This document shows, piece after piece, positions 1-13,581 of a DNA stretch of 64,000 nt; the stretch's first letter is position 1; each line of letters begins with the position of its first letter. A program made the position numbers and the translations under genes. Source of the DNA: Podarcis melisellensis (taxonomy: Eukaryota); NCBI GenBank assembly GCA_964234715.1, contig OZ174280.1. One strand, written 5' to 3'. The notes below the pieces were generated by a model. That model worked only from the letters and a program-made list of their open reading frames with translations. It did no database searches and was not told the DNA's origin.

Positions 1-381
1 AGATTCCTGCATTACAGGGGGTTGCACTATCTGTTTTAACTCCTGGGACCTGGGAATAGAAGCTAGACTCCTATTACCCCATTATACATTACTACAGCCA
101 CATTGCACCCCAAATATATGCTCCAATGTGCTATGGTCTGTCTTTCCCAGAGATCCTAGGAATTTTGTCTCACAGAGACATGCCCACCCCAGTTCAGTGC
201 CTACTGACATACTAGCATAACAACAGAAACAAACATTCCTGGTTCTCTTCTTGCCTTGCCTCCCAACTCATTTGGGGACACTATCTTTAACTAGAATCCA
301 GCTGCCTTTGAACGCTGAGACCACTCTCTCCATCCAGAGAAACCAGAATTCTGGCTTCCCCAGCTCTTGATTGGCACTTAC

Positions 382-630
382 GGTGATTTTGGGGAAGCTG
401 GGGCTTTTGCTGGCCTTGACCAAGATATGTGATTGCGCTGGGGGGATGATGTAGGTGCTGCGGTCATCTTCACCCGTGTCTGATGCTCCTGTGCTCTCTG
501 AATAGTACTCAGAGTCTGAGGAGTCACCAAAGGCTCCACCATGCCGCTGTACGTAGAAGCTGTGGTGGCTGATGGGTGGGGGGACGGGGGACGGTGTCGG
601 CAGGCGGCTACCGTTATCTGCTGGTGTGAC
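382..630 (-). CDS. PTCH2: PTCH2 exon 22 (249 nt, start of cytoplasmic C-tail; spliced to a further exon outside the window)
   Basis: TAG|[19 protein letters not shown]...[10 protein letters not shown]...KSPSFPKIT|GTAAGT, no stop codon. Confidence 0.9.
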
Positions 631-3600
631 CTATATGACAAAAAGCAGAATACACACTGAGAAAACAGGGTGTCAAATAAAGGGTCTTTGTGCATGATCC
701 CTGAGAGGCACAGGCTTTCCATTCATTGTAGTGAATCCTGAAATCTATTGATAGCAGGTGAAAGCCAAGACCTACGTTCTATTACGACTTGTGTGACTGT
801 TCAAGCACTTCACCTCAATCTGGCAGTGGGTTTTGACAGTGAGATATAGGACCCCTTCCGCTTTTCTCTATGGTTCTTCACTAGAGCAACCTGATAAGAA
901 ACAGAACATTTTCTTACCTCTGCAGGTGGTCCAATGATAGACAGCAGGACAGGCAGCAGCACCAAGCCATTGAGCAGCCCCAGAATGGTCAGGATGGTGA
1001 GCACAGCAAAGAAATACCTTTGGGGGGGGGAGGTCAAGGTGGTCAGTAATGGTCAGATTTGTCATTGTGTACAATAGAACTTTAGGATGAAAATCAGTTA
1101 CTGCTCTGTATATTTTTGTCCTAATTCCAGGAAGCTGAGATGCACCACAGTTCTGTGGCCTTTGTGAAGAGGGAGGATTATTTACCCAGGTGGCAGCAGG
1201 TGGCAGTAAAGCATCTCAGCCTCTTATCAGGGCAGCCAAGTATAGAGTTAGTTCACCAGCACACATTCATTTACATTCTCTTGCACACTCATTACTGTTA
1301 CACCCATGCACTGACAAGTGCTATCCTTCAGTCTCAGCTCAAGGTTGCTCCCTATAGAAGATTAGAGCGTCCCTTTCTCTGAGCCAGCAGACTTGTAGAG
1401 CTCACAAGCCTTAGCTGCCGTAAGGGAAAGTGTCAGAGAAGGAATACAGTAAATTTCTTGTAGAATGTCTTCCCCTCAACCCGTTGTAAGTAGTGGTCTT
1501 GAACAGGGAGATTTCTCCAAATTTGGCAGAATGTATCACTGCCCCTCCAGGGCTGCATTGAACCCTATTAGATTCTGCCTTTATATCCATTCTTGATCAA
1601 TGAGACCTTCAGACCTATTGCCCCATGTGGTGTGTCACCCAAATTCCCAACAGATGTCAAGAAAGACAATTTCCCATTCTCTAGCCACTCCTTTTACTGA
1701 TACCTCTGGAAATGGCCCCCAGCACATTGGTCCAGAGCAGCACCAGAACAGGTATACCAGGGGAGAAGAGAGACACATGACAATCACCTCAGAATGAAAT
1801 CGAACTCTGAACCAGCTAGCATAAGGACGCCAAGCAACGTGGAGACAGCACCATCCATCACAGGGGCAAACATGTGCTCTAGGGCCACAGTAGTGCGCAG
1901 GTTCCGGTTGCCAATGGCCGTGAGAAAGCCCTGAGAAAAGACGAACAGTCAGAATGCGACTAAAGAGAGTGACTTGTCCAAGCAGACTGGGAGAAAGAAC
2001 AAGGAGCTAAGCCCAAATCTGTTCTTGCGCACTGAGTCAGCTGGTATTGTCAGAGCTGGAACAGGCTCATCTCGAAATGACAGCTTGGACTCTGCTTTTC
2101 ATACCATACACAGCTATATCATTATATTCAGCACTAATTAAAAGAACTGCCAACCCTTGGGTGCTGCACCCACAATTATGGATTAAATTCTGCTCTGACC
2201 ACCCAGAGTACAACAGGGTAATATTAAGGGGGTAATGAACCCAAAATTTATTGATTCTCCCTTATAGACTCCACTACTGATCAGGTTTGAAACAACAGAT
2301 AAAAACCTAATAATCTAAATGCTCTGGTTGGGTGCCACTAAAGCTATTTGAATGTATATGGTTGTAATACTACACACCAAGTTCTCTGGTGTGAAAAAGA
2401 GCTCTTGAAAACTCTGCAAGGGAGTTCAGGGACCCTATTCCTTTCAGTATGGACCCACGGAGCTTCAAAAAGAGGAAGTCTCACTGAATCACATGCTCTA
2501 GACATGGTAGCAGAATGGGCTGTGCTCACACAACTGCTTCTTACCAGAGCCACATGTACGGTGAATTCCACACCAATTCCCACAGAGGCGATGAGGATGA
2601 CTACTGGGATGGCACTCAGCTTGATGCCCATCAGGCCCATGATCCCAAAGAGCTCGACTGTCATCATAGCTAGAACGAATACCTACGTCAGAGAGAAGGG
2701 ACAGCTCAGTATCTTACCTGCAAGCTATGGTTATGGACATGTCAATTACAGCAATGTACAAAGCCCAATGTTGTGGTTAACAGGTAGATTAAGAATAGGT
2801 ACCTACAAATCCATAAGCTCATATGTATGTAATTTCTGAATTCAGAACTAATTCAGAAAATGTATAAATCTCATTGTGGCACATGAATACCGGGTTATTA
2901 GTTAACAGTAATCACCCAACCACTACTACCANNNNNNNNNNNNNNNNNNNNNNNNNNNNNNNNNNNNNNNNNNNNNNNNNNNNNNNNNNNNNNNNNNNNN
3001 NNNNNNNNNNNNNNNNNNNNNNNNNNNNNNNNNNNNNNNNNNNNNNNNNNNNNNNNNNNNNNNNNNNNNNNNNNNNNNNNNNNNNNNNNNNNNNNNNNNN
3101 NNNNNNNNNNNNNNNNNNNNNNNNNNNNNNNNNNNNNNNNNNNNNNNNNNNNNNNNNNNNNNNNNNNNGCTTTTGTATGGTAAACAGTAGGGGTATGGGG
3201 CTGTGCACACCCTAGCCCTAAAGGTGGATAAGGATGCAAATATAGTAGAGCACCTGCATGTTAGTGTGCAGGCTTAACCCTTTCAGCACTGTGGAAAGAA
3301 GCTTGAGGAGAGAAAAAGATATTTACTTTTTGCTGCAAAGGTAAAGCTTTTATTTACAGTCTATCTGGTAGCAGATGTGTGTTTACCATTGCATCTGCAT
3401 ACAGTGGGAATCGGTGCTCATTCCCAGCTCCTTGGTGCGTACACCTGTACAATGCATACATGGTGTCTGTTGCGTGCAAACCTTAATACATTTATGGAAA
3501 ATATGTGCATGTTCATGTTTTTTAAAAAAAGAATATGAGAAGGTACGAAAACATTCCAGACTTGCAACAAAACACTCAATTTCTGCAGTCAGAATAAATT

Positions 3601-6600
3601 CTACAAACTACTGCAGCAAGGTTTTTTTTTAATGTATTACAGTACAGCTGCAAAATTTTGAGTTTGGGCAGAACCTGAATGGTTTAAAATGGTCTTTGGT
3701 ATTGAAGGAAAACTTTTTAGGACACTATGTAAGGCAAGGGAGACGGAAAGGCAACTATGCAGAGATTACAGGAAGCATCACACTAATTCTCCCCCACTCC
3801 TACTTCCAAATTTCCTGTCCTAAGCACGAGAGCCAAAAAACTGATTTAACTAACAGTAACAGTGTTTGACAACCATTTCCCTTGTTGCACAATGCTATAT
3901 TGCTACTACATATAACGTTTGGAGCTAAAACATCTCCCTTACTGCTAGACACCCTGTTGCTCATGAAAAAGGATACTCACAATGATACTGGCGGTCCAAG
4001 GATTGAGGAGTAGCAGGGTGCACACTAGAAAAGTGCAAGCCAACACAATACTGATGGCCTGTAGAAGCCAGTGTCGAAGGCCAATGTACTGCTCCCAGAA
4101 GAGGAAAGGGTAGCCACTAGGGTAGCTGAGAACACCATGCGTCAGGGCCACCTCGTCACAGATAGCACGCACACTCTCGATGGCTGCCACGAAGTCTGAT
4201 GTGTGCCGCAGTCCATTGAGGTAGAAGGGGAACTGAGCAAACTCCAGAGGCTGTGCAGCAGGGACTGTCAGAAAGAGAGGCAGCCCATCAGATATAGTGG
4301 CCTTCTGCCCCCTACTCCCATCTCTAGGGCCAAAAATGAATTGCTTCCTTTGCCCATGTGCCAGGCATGGCTTGCAAAGGTGGGAAACATACATCATAAG
4401 GATTTACACTGTGGAATTGCCATAGAAGTGGGGATAGGACTGAGCTGAAACAGTAATGCATGCTGGAAAGTGGAACAAGAATGAGGCTGCTGCCTGAACT
4501 CACTTCGAAGGTTCTCGCCAGTGGCATCGTATTTGTCGTGGATCCATTCCGGGGGTGGTGGGTAAAAGTTGGCTTGAGATGCAGCAAAGCCAAGAGGGTC
4601 GTTGCTCACCCACACTGTCAAACAGATGTAGAAGATGTCAGGAGGAATGATCCCATTCTCATCCACCAGGCGGCGAGTTGTCAGCTGTAGGCAGATGGAA
4701 GGGATGAGGGCGGTTAAGAAGTATAGCAACTGATAGTAAGTAGTAGCAGCGGTCAGGGTGCTACTGGACAGGTGCTATAATTTGGCAGGCAATAGGGCTG
4801 AGGCCCCTCCTTGGGCACCAGCTGGCTATTCCCAAAGCCATGTAGATCTCATGTGTTCCTCCATCTCCAAGGGACCCCAAATGCCTGTGGGAAAGCTTTC
4901 TCTTCTCTCCATTCTTTTGCAGTGGGGATCTATCTCCTCCTTCCCTCCTGGTACACCAAGGACTCACCCTTAATTCTCATGGCACACTGGGTTCTCTTTG
5001 GCTGCCCACTCCCAACTTTTAGATTGCTCCCCCACTTACTTGATTGAGGTTTAAAGGTTCTTTTTTGTTGCCTGTCTGGATGAGGAGCTTGTAAGCTAGG
5101 GCACCATCTTCTGATCCATTGCGGTAATTCTCCTTGGTGATATGCCCAGCTTCCCAGTCCCGGTCAAAGGCTGCCTGTAGACCTGCAGAACAGGGGGGTA
5201 TACGGTTAAGTGAGTGCCATCTGTGGAACCCAAGGCCCGGAAGCAAGAGCTCCTCTCACTAGCTATGCCAATCCTTTCCCTTCTTTCATTGACTCCACCC
5301 CTTTGCTGTTTAACTCAGATCTCTCAGCCCCTGCAGCATGTTTTGGTCCCTACTTTAGAGGAACAAGAACAGAGCTGGTAATCCTAGAAGGCAGAAGGGC
5401 AGCTGTACAACTGTGCAGGTGAGCATCTCCACAAACATTTATATTTATTTATTTATTGAATTTATATAGAATTTATATACTGCCCCATAGCCACGGGTTC
5501 CAGGGTGGTTCACAGAATATAATCAGAATATAAAAACTACAAAATACATAATCAAAATAAAAACAGCAACTCTATAATCCCAACATATTTTTAAAGGGTA
5601 AAGGATATCAATCAAATCAATTACAAGTTAAAAAGCAACGTTTTTGCCTGTTGCCTAAAGGTGTCAGGTGAACTTCCCTGGGGAGAGCATTCCACAGATG
5701 GGGAGCCACTGCAGAGAAGGCTGTAAACAGTGCAGGACAGGAGAGAGGGTTGGCAAAGTGTCCTTGACTCACCTCGCAGCCAGTCCTGGAGGTAGTGCAG
5801 CCACATCTTTGGCAACTGGCGGTTCTCATCACGCACAACATACTGGATGGTGGTGAAGGCCTGGTGCAGGCTGTAGAGGGCCTCCTGTGAGCTGGGGTAG
5901 TCAAAGCCACCCTTTGTAACCACAAACATGTTATAGAAGGAGAAGTATTTGAACTGAGCTGAAATGAAGGCGTGCTCCTTTGTGCCTCGTGGTAAAATAT
6001 CCGTCAGGTAGAGTCCATCATGCACCTTGGTTGTACCGTAGAGGCTCAGGCCCAGCAGTGCCAGGAACAGGACTACAACAATTCCCTGGAAATGCAGAAA
6101 GGAAAGAGTGAAGACGGATGCACTCAGACCCCAATCTCTTCTGCAGAAGCTAACTTTTCCTCTGTTGCTGTCAAGAGACTTGACTTAGCAAACATAGGGA
6201 GAATGGAAGAAAATCTGTGGACAGTGGACACAGTGGACAGCCAGATGTTTATGAAAAGCAAACAACTGCTTGGGGGCTGGAACTGCAACCACCCAGCCCC
6301 ACTTCCTAGTACCTACAGTATGTGCAGGGTATGAATTGCCCCCAATGGAGTTTATATCAAGATGTGCCATATTGTGGGAGTATGGTGCATACTTGTCAGG
6401 CAAGAGAATCAATAATGACAGGTAGGGAGTTTTCCATGCAAGGGGGCACATAACACACACATATATTAACCTTGAGAACATAGTTCTTTTGACTCTGTAC
6501 CTGGACCTCTCTCTCTCTGAAGGTAAACACACACACAATATCTTAGATCATCTAGATTATCTGTAACTGACACAGCCACTTCATCTGGAATTACCCAAGG

Positions 6601-9600
6601 AAGATGCAGAGCCTTCATACCTAACTTCCTAGATGTGTAAAAATAGACTAGGAAAGATGTATAGCTCTTGTCTTTGAATGACTACAAGGGACATGCAATC
6701 TTTGCCCCTGATAGGCAGGGCACAGGGGAGAGCAACACCATGTTCTCATATAGGATGACATGCACAATGACTACATTTCAGATTGCGTCTCTCATCTCCG
6801 AGAAGAACAGGGAGCTTTAGTTCTCCATTGGCTGTAGTGCTGGCATCACAGACTTGTTACCCAGGATGCTGTACTCCCCCCCCCTTTTCTTTCAACATAG
6901 GACAGAATGCCACCCACAAAGAAAGCGATTCTCAGCTGCCTACCTTGGTCTGGCTCTGCAGCAGGATAGGTGCATATTTGTCACGAGCAAAGCTGGAGAG
7001 GTTCCAATGACAAAGGGGCAACGGCACACACTCCTGGGCGCTTTTGTTCTCATCCAGCTGTGCCAGAAGATCACGGGTGGAGCTGGCAGGGGTGAAGACT
7101 TGCGACCCCAAAGGGTTGGCAGGCAGGAGAGTGGAAGGGGTGGTATAGACATGCTGGGTGGGTGGTAAGATGGTGACCACATGACGCCCGGAGGGATCGC
7201 ACTGGGTGAAGGCCTGAACCGTAGTGGTGATGCGTGTGCTGGTGGTCAGTGCTGGATGTCCATGCGGGAAAGCAGGTGCTGTGGAGTTGTCATTTGCATC
7301 CGTGTATTCCTGTGGCTGAATCTGGATGACGTGGGAGGAGCAGAGGCTGTGGGGAGAAGAAGACACTGAGAAACTGCTGGTCAACACACAATCCCCTAGC
7401 TAGCCAGGCATCCTAACTCACACCCAGCATCTGGATATAACTATCACAAAAAGTTCCACTTCTCTTGGTGAGCACATAGAGATACCCTTCACAATGTCTT
7501 TAAAGGGGCTTTTCAGAGTATGCTGATTTTATGTGCAGTTTGATGTGCATTTTGACTTGTTCTTATAGACAAACTTTTACCATAATAAAGAAATGTGTTT
7601 TTCAAAATGTTGCTGAGAGCACTACCATCTGTGCAGCTGGCTTTGTTCTCTTACAGCTGCATTTGATCCTCTCTTCTTGGGCTTAATGACTTTTCCAAAC
7701 CACTGCCCCCAATTGCAGCATGCGTCTCCTCTCCTGGGAGATCTGATGGAGTCCAGCCTAGCCAGGGAGAGCGCAGTACTGCCCCAAAGGAGAAGGGACT
7801 CTTGGGGGGGGGGGCAACTGTCTCTCCACCGCCAGCAGCTACACATATTTACTTACGGACAAACAAACACTCTTAAGACAGTACCTGTAGAAACAGCACA
7901 GAATATCAAGCCTCTTGTTTTCACGCCGGTGAAGGTCCAGACTCAGGATGGCAGGAAAAATGAAAAGCACCATGGCAAAGTTGAACACTACCACGACAGC
8001 AGCCTGCAAGGAGATGAAGGAGAGAGAACAATTAAACATGTTGAAGATCCTGAGCCAGGTCGCCCTCTGTATAAAGAGGGGCATCTATCCTTCAAGGGGA
8101 GGGATCACCCAGCTTTCCAGCCAAGGCCATGGAAACTGGGAGCACAGCTACCTCCAGAGTGGAAGTGAAGGCTTGCCTTCAGTGAGATTCTAAGAAAATG
8201 CAAATGTGCATAAGCACAGTTTGCTGACAAACCTGCAGGGAGGAGCTCCTAGCAGAGGGGCTTACCTGCAGAGAGAAGGCACGCAGTGCTGGGATGGGCA
8301 CAAGAGCAGCCATGAAGAAAGCAATCATATTATTGACAGAGGTGAGTGCCACACTGGTGCCACTGCGGCGCAGGCATTCCCCAGTCCGCTCCTGCATTGA
8401 AAAGGTGCAAATGAGGAACCGTGAGAATAGAGTTGAGGACGGGTTGAGCGTGCACTGGCAATGCATAGGGACTCAAAGGCTTGTGCAAAAACAGGGAACC
8501 TTCTTACCTTGACAGGGACGTGCTGGCTGGTCTCTGTGAAGGCGTGTGCCAGCAAAAACATGTCATCCACACCAATGCCCAGTGCCAGAAAGGGCAGCAC
8601 CTATACAGATATGGAGGAAAGCACAATGGGAGGAATCCCAATTAGAGGAGCACATCCAGGACTTGCTCAAATCCCACAAAAGTAGAAACAGGTCTCAGGC
8701 TGCAAGCTGTGACTGGAAAGTACCACAAATTCTTCATTTTGCTGTTATACTCAGGCTCTGAATGATTCTCATGTTAACCAAAGTCAGGTTGGTTGGTGAC
8801 TCTGGCGGGCTTTTGCTTTCTGCTAACATATATTTGAGTCACCTGCACCTGGTTTATTAGGCTCCTTCCTTGCCTTGCAGGCACCTGAGCTGAGGCTCTC
8901 TTTGCACAGACTATACTCCTAGTCTGCACCTGCCTCTGTACAAATGGACAGTTGTTCTTTTTTAAAAACTCAGCTGCTAGGGAATATACAGTATCGTATA
9001 TTCCTCTGGAACTTCTGAACAAGAAACAGCATGTAGGCAGCTAGAGTGATCTGATTGCTGAAGGCAGCACAATGGTCATTGGAGCATCAGGAACAGTCAA
9101 GTGCTCTCTACAACACAGCACCTTCTAATGCCAAGCAGGGATAGAGAGGCAGAACATAACCTCAGCATTGCATAACCTAAGAAATTGATAGGGTAGACAG
9201 TTCTCCCGCTTGCTGAGCAAAGAGGAGGGGAAATTGATGGAGAACAAAGGGAGGTCATTAGGGAAGTCAGACCTCTCCAAAATGTGGCCTACCTGGGTCG
9301 TGGCTGCATTGAATGAGATTCCTAGCAGAGAACACAGTCCAAGTCCTGCTGCCACGGAAAGGGCAACCAGAAGAACCCCAGCCAGGCCCACAGCACCCTG
9401 TGATTTGGAACAGTCCCAACGCAGCATGGTGACACAGGCATACGCCAGCTGCAAGTGGAGGAGAATGAGACGGCAATTAATGAGAAGAAAGGCAAGGATG
9501 GAAAAGCTATGCTTTAGTACACAATGGAAGATAAAGGAATAGGAGGGAGGAGAGGGAAGAAGCTGCTACACACCATCAGCAGGTACCCGCCAGCCACACG

Positions 9601-12600
9601 GATGGCGCTCACATCTGAGAAGGATTTCATGATGTCATCGAGTGTGGTGGTGGAGAAGGCATGGATAGTCTGGGAGGAATTCGCAGGGAGAGATTCCTGG
9701 GCCAACTGCAAGAGAAGCAAGACTCATGAGATACTGGGAGGAGAAGAGTCATCTCAGTGGCTGGGATGCTTCTCACATACATAAATGCATCCACAGGATC
9801 CATCTACACACCAGGCATAGGCATGAAGGTTCATTGGCATGAAGGAGCCTATATGCTGCTATACATGCCATGTAGTAATACCAAGCAAGACAGAAAACTG
9901 TACAGGGTCCATACACTCAATTCAAGAACAACTGGCTATGTTATCACCCTATAAATTGTTTTTCATGCCATTCTACATGCTCACAAGCATTCATGGTGGC
10001 ACCCAACCTTTTCACACTGGCAGATGCATATTTGCATGCAGCCCTACATAATATTCTGCTCCTCACTGACAGACCTGCATGCAGTTTTGCACGTCATCTT
10101 CCTAGCATCTTCCCTTCCACGCACACACTTTTTCAGCCTTTTGTAGATGCATTTGTGTCTTCACCCTTGCACACACCTGCATCAAGCAGCCCTGGAGTTC
10201 CCACACAGATGCCACAAACCAACCTGTCCATCTCACCTCAACAAACTCCCGCTGCCAGGCCTCCAGCACAGCAGCTGCCTTCTCCTCACTCCAGCTGATG
10301 TCGTGTATCTCATAGTCATCCCGGTAGTGCTCAAAGAGCTGTCGTGGGCTCATCAACAGGAACATGCTTTGTAGGGCTTCGGCTCTGCAGGAAACAGAAG
10401 CTGGATGAGAGACAACCCTTCTACTCACAGGCAAGGAGGCAGGACTCCTTTCAGCTCTGGAACTAGAGCCTTTAGGCCCGATTGCGCCCCCACTGCCCAG
10501 GCTCAAGGCAGAAACCCAAAGCCTGATTTCTGATTTCTTTATCTCACAGTCAGCCCTCATTCTGTGCACAGTTCTTTCACAAGCCTACTTATGGGGCTTT
10601 TTCCAATTGAAACAGGTGGCTAGCCACCCCTATCAAAAAGGTATGCAAAAGGTATGCACGCCATGTCGATCAGCTGCCATGGAAAAAAGTCACTGACTAA
10701 CGTTCCACACAAAACATGAGAAAAACCAATAGGCTTTCGCAGCAGACCTGTGATTGTAGCAGATGATTTGCATAGAAAGTTCACCATATATACATCCCAA
10801 CTATACACAACAAGAAAAGCCTGCACGTATTGTGTTCTAGAAATGCATGAAAAGAGCTGGGAATGGCTGCAGATGCACCTCCCTGTAATATCAGAAGCAC
10901 ATCTCTTCCTTCTGCCTGAGCCTTCCAACTTTAAAAGGTGAGGATCTTCCCCCCCATTTTCTGGCTGCTTCCCATTTTCTGACTGCTTCCTTGCATGTGA
11001 TTTTAAAACCCAAGCAAGGCGATGTATAGCAGCAATAACCCTTGTCCTCAATCTATTGCCCATTCCTTAGCCATTTTTGCATCTCCTTGCCTTGTGAGAT
11101 ATGGAAGGGTTCAGGGACACAAGAATTCCCCTCTGAAGAACAATGGTTTTCAAAAGCTGACACTGATTATGACACTGCCCCCACCAGCATGCGGAACGTG
11201 CCCCACCATGCCAAAACAGAAGATATGGCAACCTGTAGAACAGATAAGTGCAGGTGCCAGCACAGTGCAGACTTGTGTGGAATCAACTTCCCAATGTTCA
11301 TTTGAGCCCCTTTCTAGGATCAGGGCTGCGGATTGCTGCAAGCAGGTGTCTGTGCTGTGTCTTCCAGCATCCACGGCAGCTGGAAGGAATTGGGGTGGGG
11401 GGAGGTGGCTTCGGGAGGCAAGGGGTGATGGCAGCCAGAGCTTCAGGGATCAACATAAATCCCATGGCTTAGGAATGCCCAAGCCAGTTGCTCCTAGGGT
11501 CAGGTCGCGGACATGCACCCACGAGAATATGAACCTCAGGGGCATCAAGTTACAAGCTGGCTCAGGAGGCAGTTTACTACCACCCCCAACTGTGAAAGGG
11601 GTAGCAGCGAGAGTCCAAGCAGTTCCCAGGAGCCACACTGTCCTCTCCCCTCACCATTCAAACACAACATTTATGACTTTGTCCATCCTTTTTAATTGGC
11701 CCTGCTTGCAGGGAAAAGCCATCTGCTCTGCATAAAGAATTCCTTAGCTACCGAGTTATTCCTGGCCAAAGACCTCTGACTTGACAGGCACACACACCAC
11801 ACAAACACACACTTACCCCTGCAGTTTGCCCTGGGAATCCTTCACAGTGCCACCCAGGATCAGTTCCTCTTCCCAATGCATGTATTTTCGTGAGAAGCCA
11901 TGGCAGCCACCTGTGAGCTCTGAGGGGATGTCTGGTTCCTGGTGGAGACAACAAGAATGGAATGTAAAATAGCAGCATAAACTCCAGACATAAGCACAGG
12001 TATTTTAGATGCATATGAAGGACACCACTATAGCCCCATCTCCTGCTTTTCATGGAGGAAGAAGTATCTTTGCACACTTCTGACTTGTGCACTGTGTACA
12101 TTTACTACTACTACTACTACTGCTACTACCACCACTATTGAAGCAGAACTGTTCTGCTTAAGACTAAGGGATTATATGCTATAGCCCTGACTAGCTGGCT
12201 AATAAAACAAAACCCAGCTGTTATGGAAAGCAAGGGCAAATGTTGCTCCTCTGCAAATGTCACATGTAAAAAACAAAACAAAACAAAAACCGCGCACACA
12301 CGCACAAAATTCTCAGTAGGACATGCAGCCTGCTCTAGCAGACAGAATATTGAATTTGAGTGACCCAAACAGGTTTAAATTCCTGCTCAACCATGAATTC
12401 ATTGAGCACTTTGGAAAAGTCAACATTTATTAGCTTCAGTTTTGTATCCAATAAATGGAAATAGGATAGAAAAAAATGTAAAGCACTTTAGACATTAACC
12501 ATGCTACTAGAACAATCCATGTCTCTATAAACAAAACAAAGAATATTTCCCATTATTCCGTAACACTATTCCAGCATTCTGTCACATCCAGGAGTGACCA

Positions 12601-13546
12601 AGAAATTGAACCTTATAGGGAACTATACAAATAGGAACAGGCTTAATTCTCACTGGCTGGAGCTGGTGTAGCCCAAACACCAATGAGGTGCCCAAGTGCT
12701 TCTCTTTGCCATTACCCATTAGTGAATAGCTGACGTCCTCTTCTGTGGAGAAAAGTAAAGTTCTGCCCTTTGGGACAATGTTGGACTGGGGGCTAAACCT
12801 GCCTCCAGTCATGACCCTGGGTGGTCACTCCCTTGCTAATAGGGACCCTACATACGCATATGCCCTTGAAAGGCAGACAACAGACAGAAGCTCTCTTTTA
12901 GCAAACACCACATACGTAAACATAATAATATTGCATATTCTGCTGGTTAACAATAATGGGCAAGGCTTGAGATCCTCTCTGGAAATAATCCATTCTGCTC
13001 CTAGCTATGTAACCTCACATCTGACAATAATAATCCACATTTCAGTTCAGTGACATTGGCCTGGAACAATTAAGAAGGTTTACTAACAACTGTCAGAATA
13101 ACTACTCCTTGGAGCAGCCTGATGCCTCCCTGATTGCCGAGGATGGAAGACGGCGACATGCCATATGGCATTGCCACCATTATCATAATGCCTGGAACCC
13201 TGAGACATAATAAATCACACAATCTCTGTGCAGGGAAAGTAAGCAGAGCTAAAGAGATCTGATAGATTCTAGCTTTTATGTGAAAGTGCTCCATATCGGT
13301 TCTCCCCTGGTCTAGGTATTCTCATAGAATGAGGACCCAAAAACAGTCTGGCTCTGTCGCCCTGCAATCACCAGTGAGTCACCCACACAGTCATAAGACA
13401 AGCATCAAGCAATGGGAAAAGCAGGAAAATTCCTATCACCTTGTAAGCTGGAGGACAGCACTTTCATAAAGTATGCCAATCATGGCTTCACATACTATCT
13501 ATCTACCTTGCAAAGCAGCAGTGCCACATTTTTAGCCAACAAGGAT

Positions 13547-13581
<35 letters not shown>

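Noticed and set aside
378-722. 114-aa ORF suggesting a frameshift or terminal exon
   Set aside because: It is an off-frame reading of exon 22; the correct frame from the acceptor at 630 is open to the donor at 382.
2874-3239. ORFs full of X
   Set aside because: Artefacts of the N gap.
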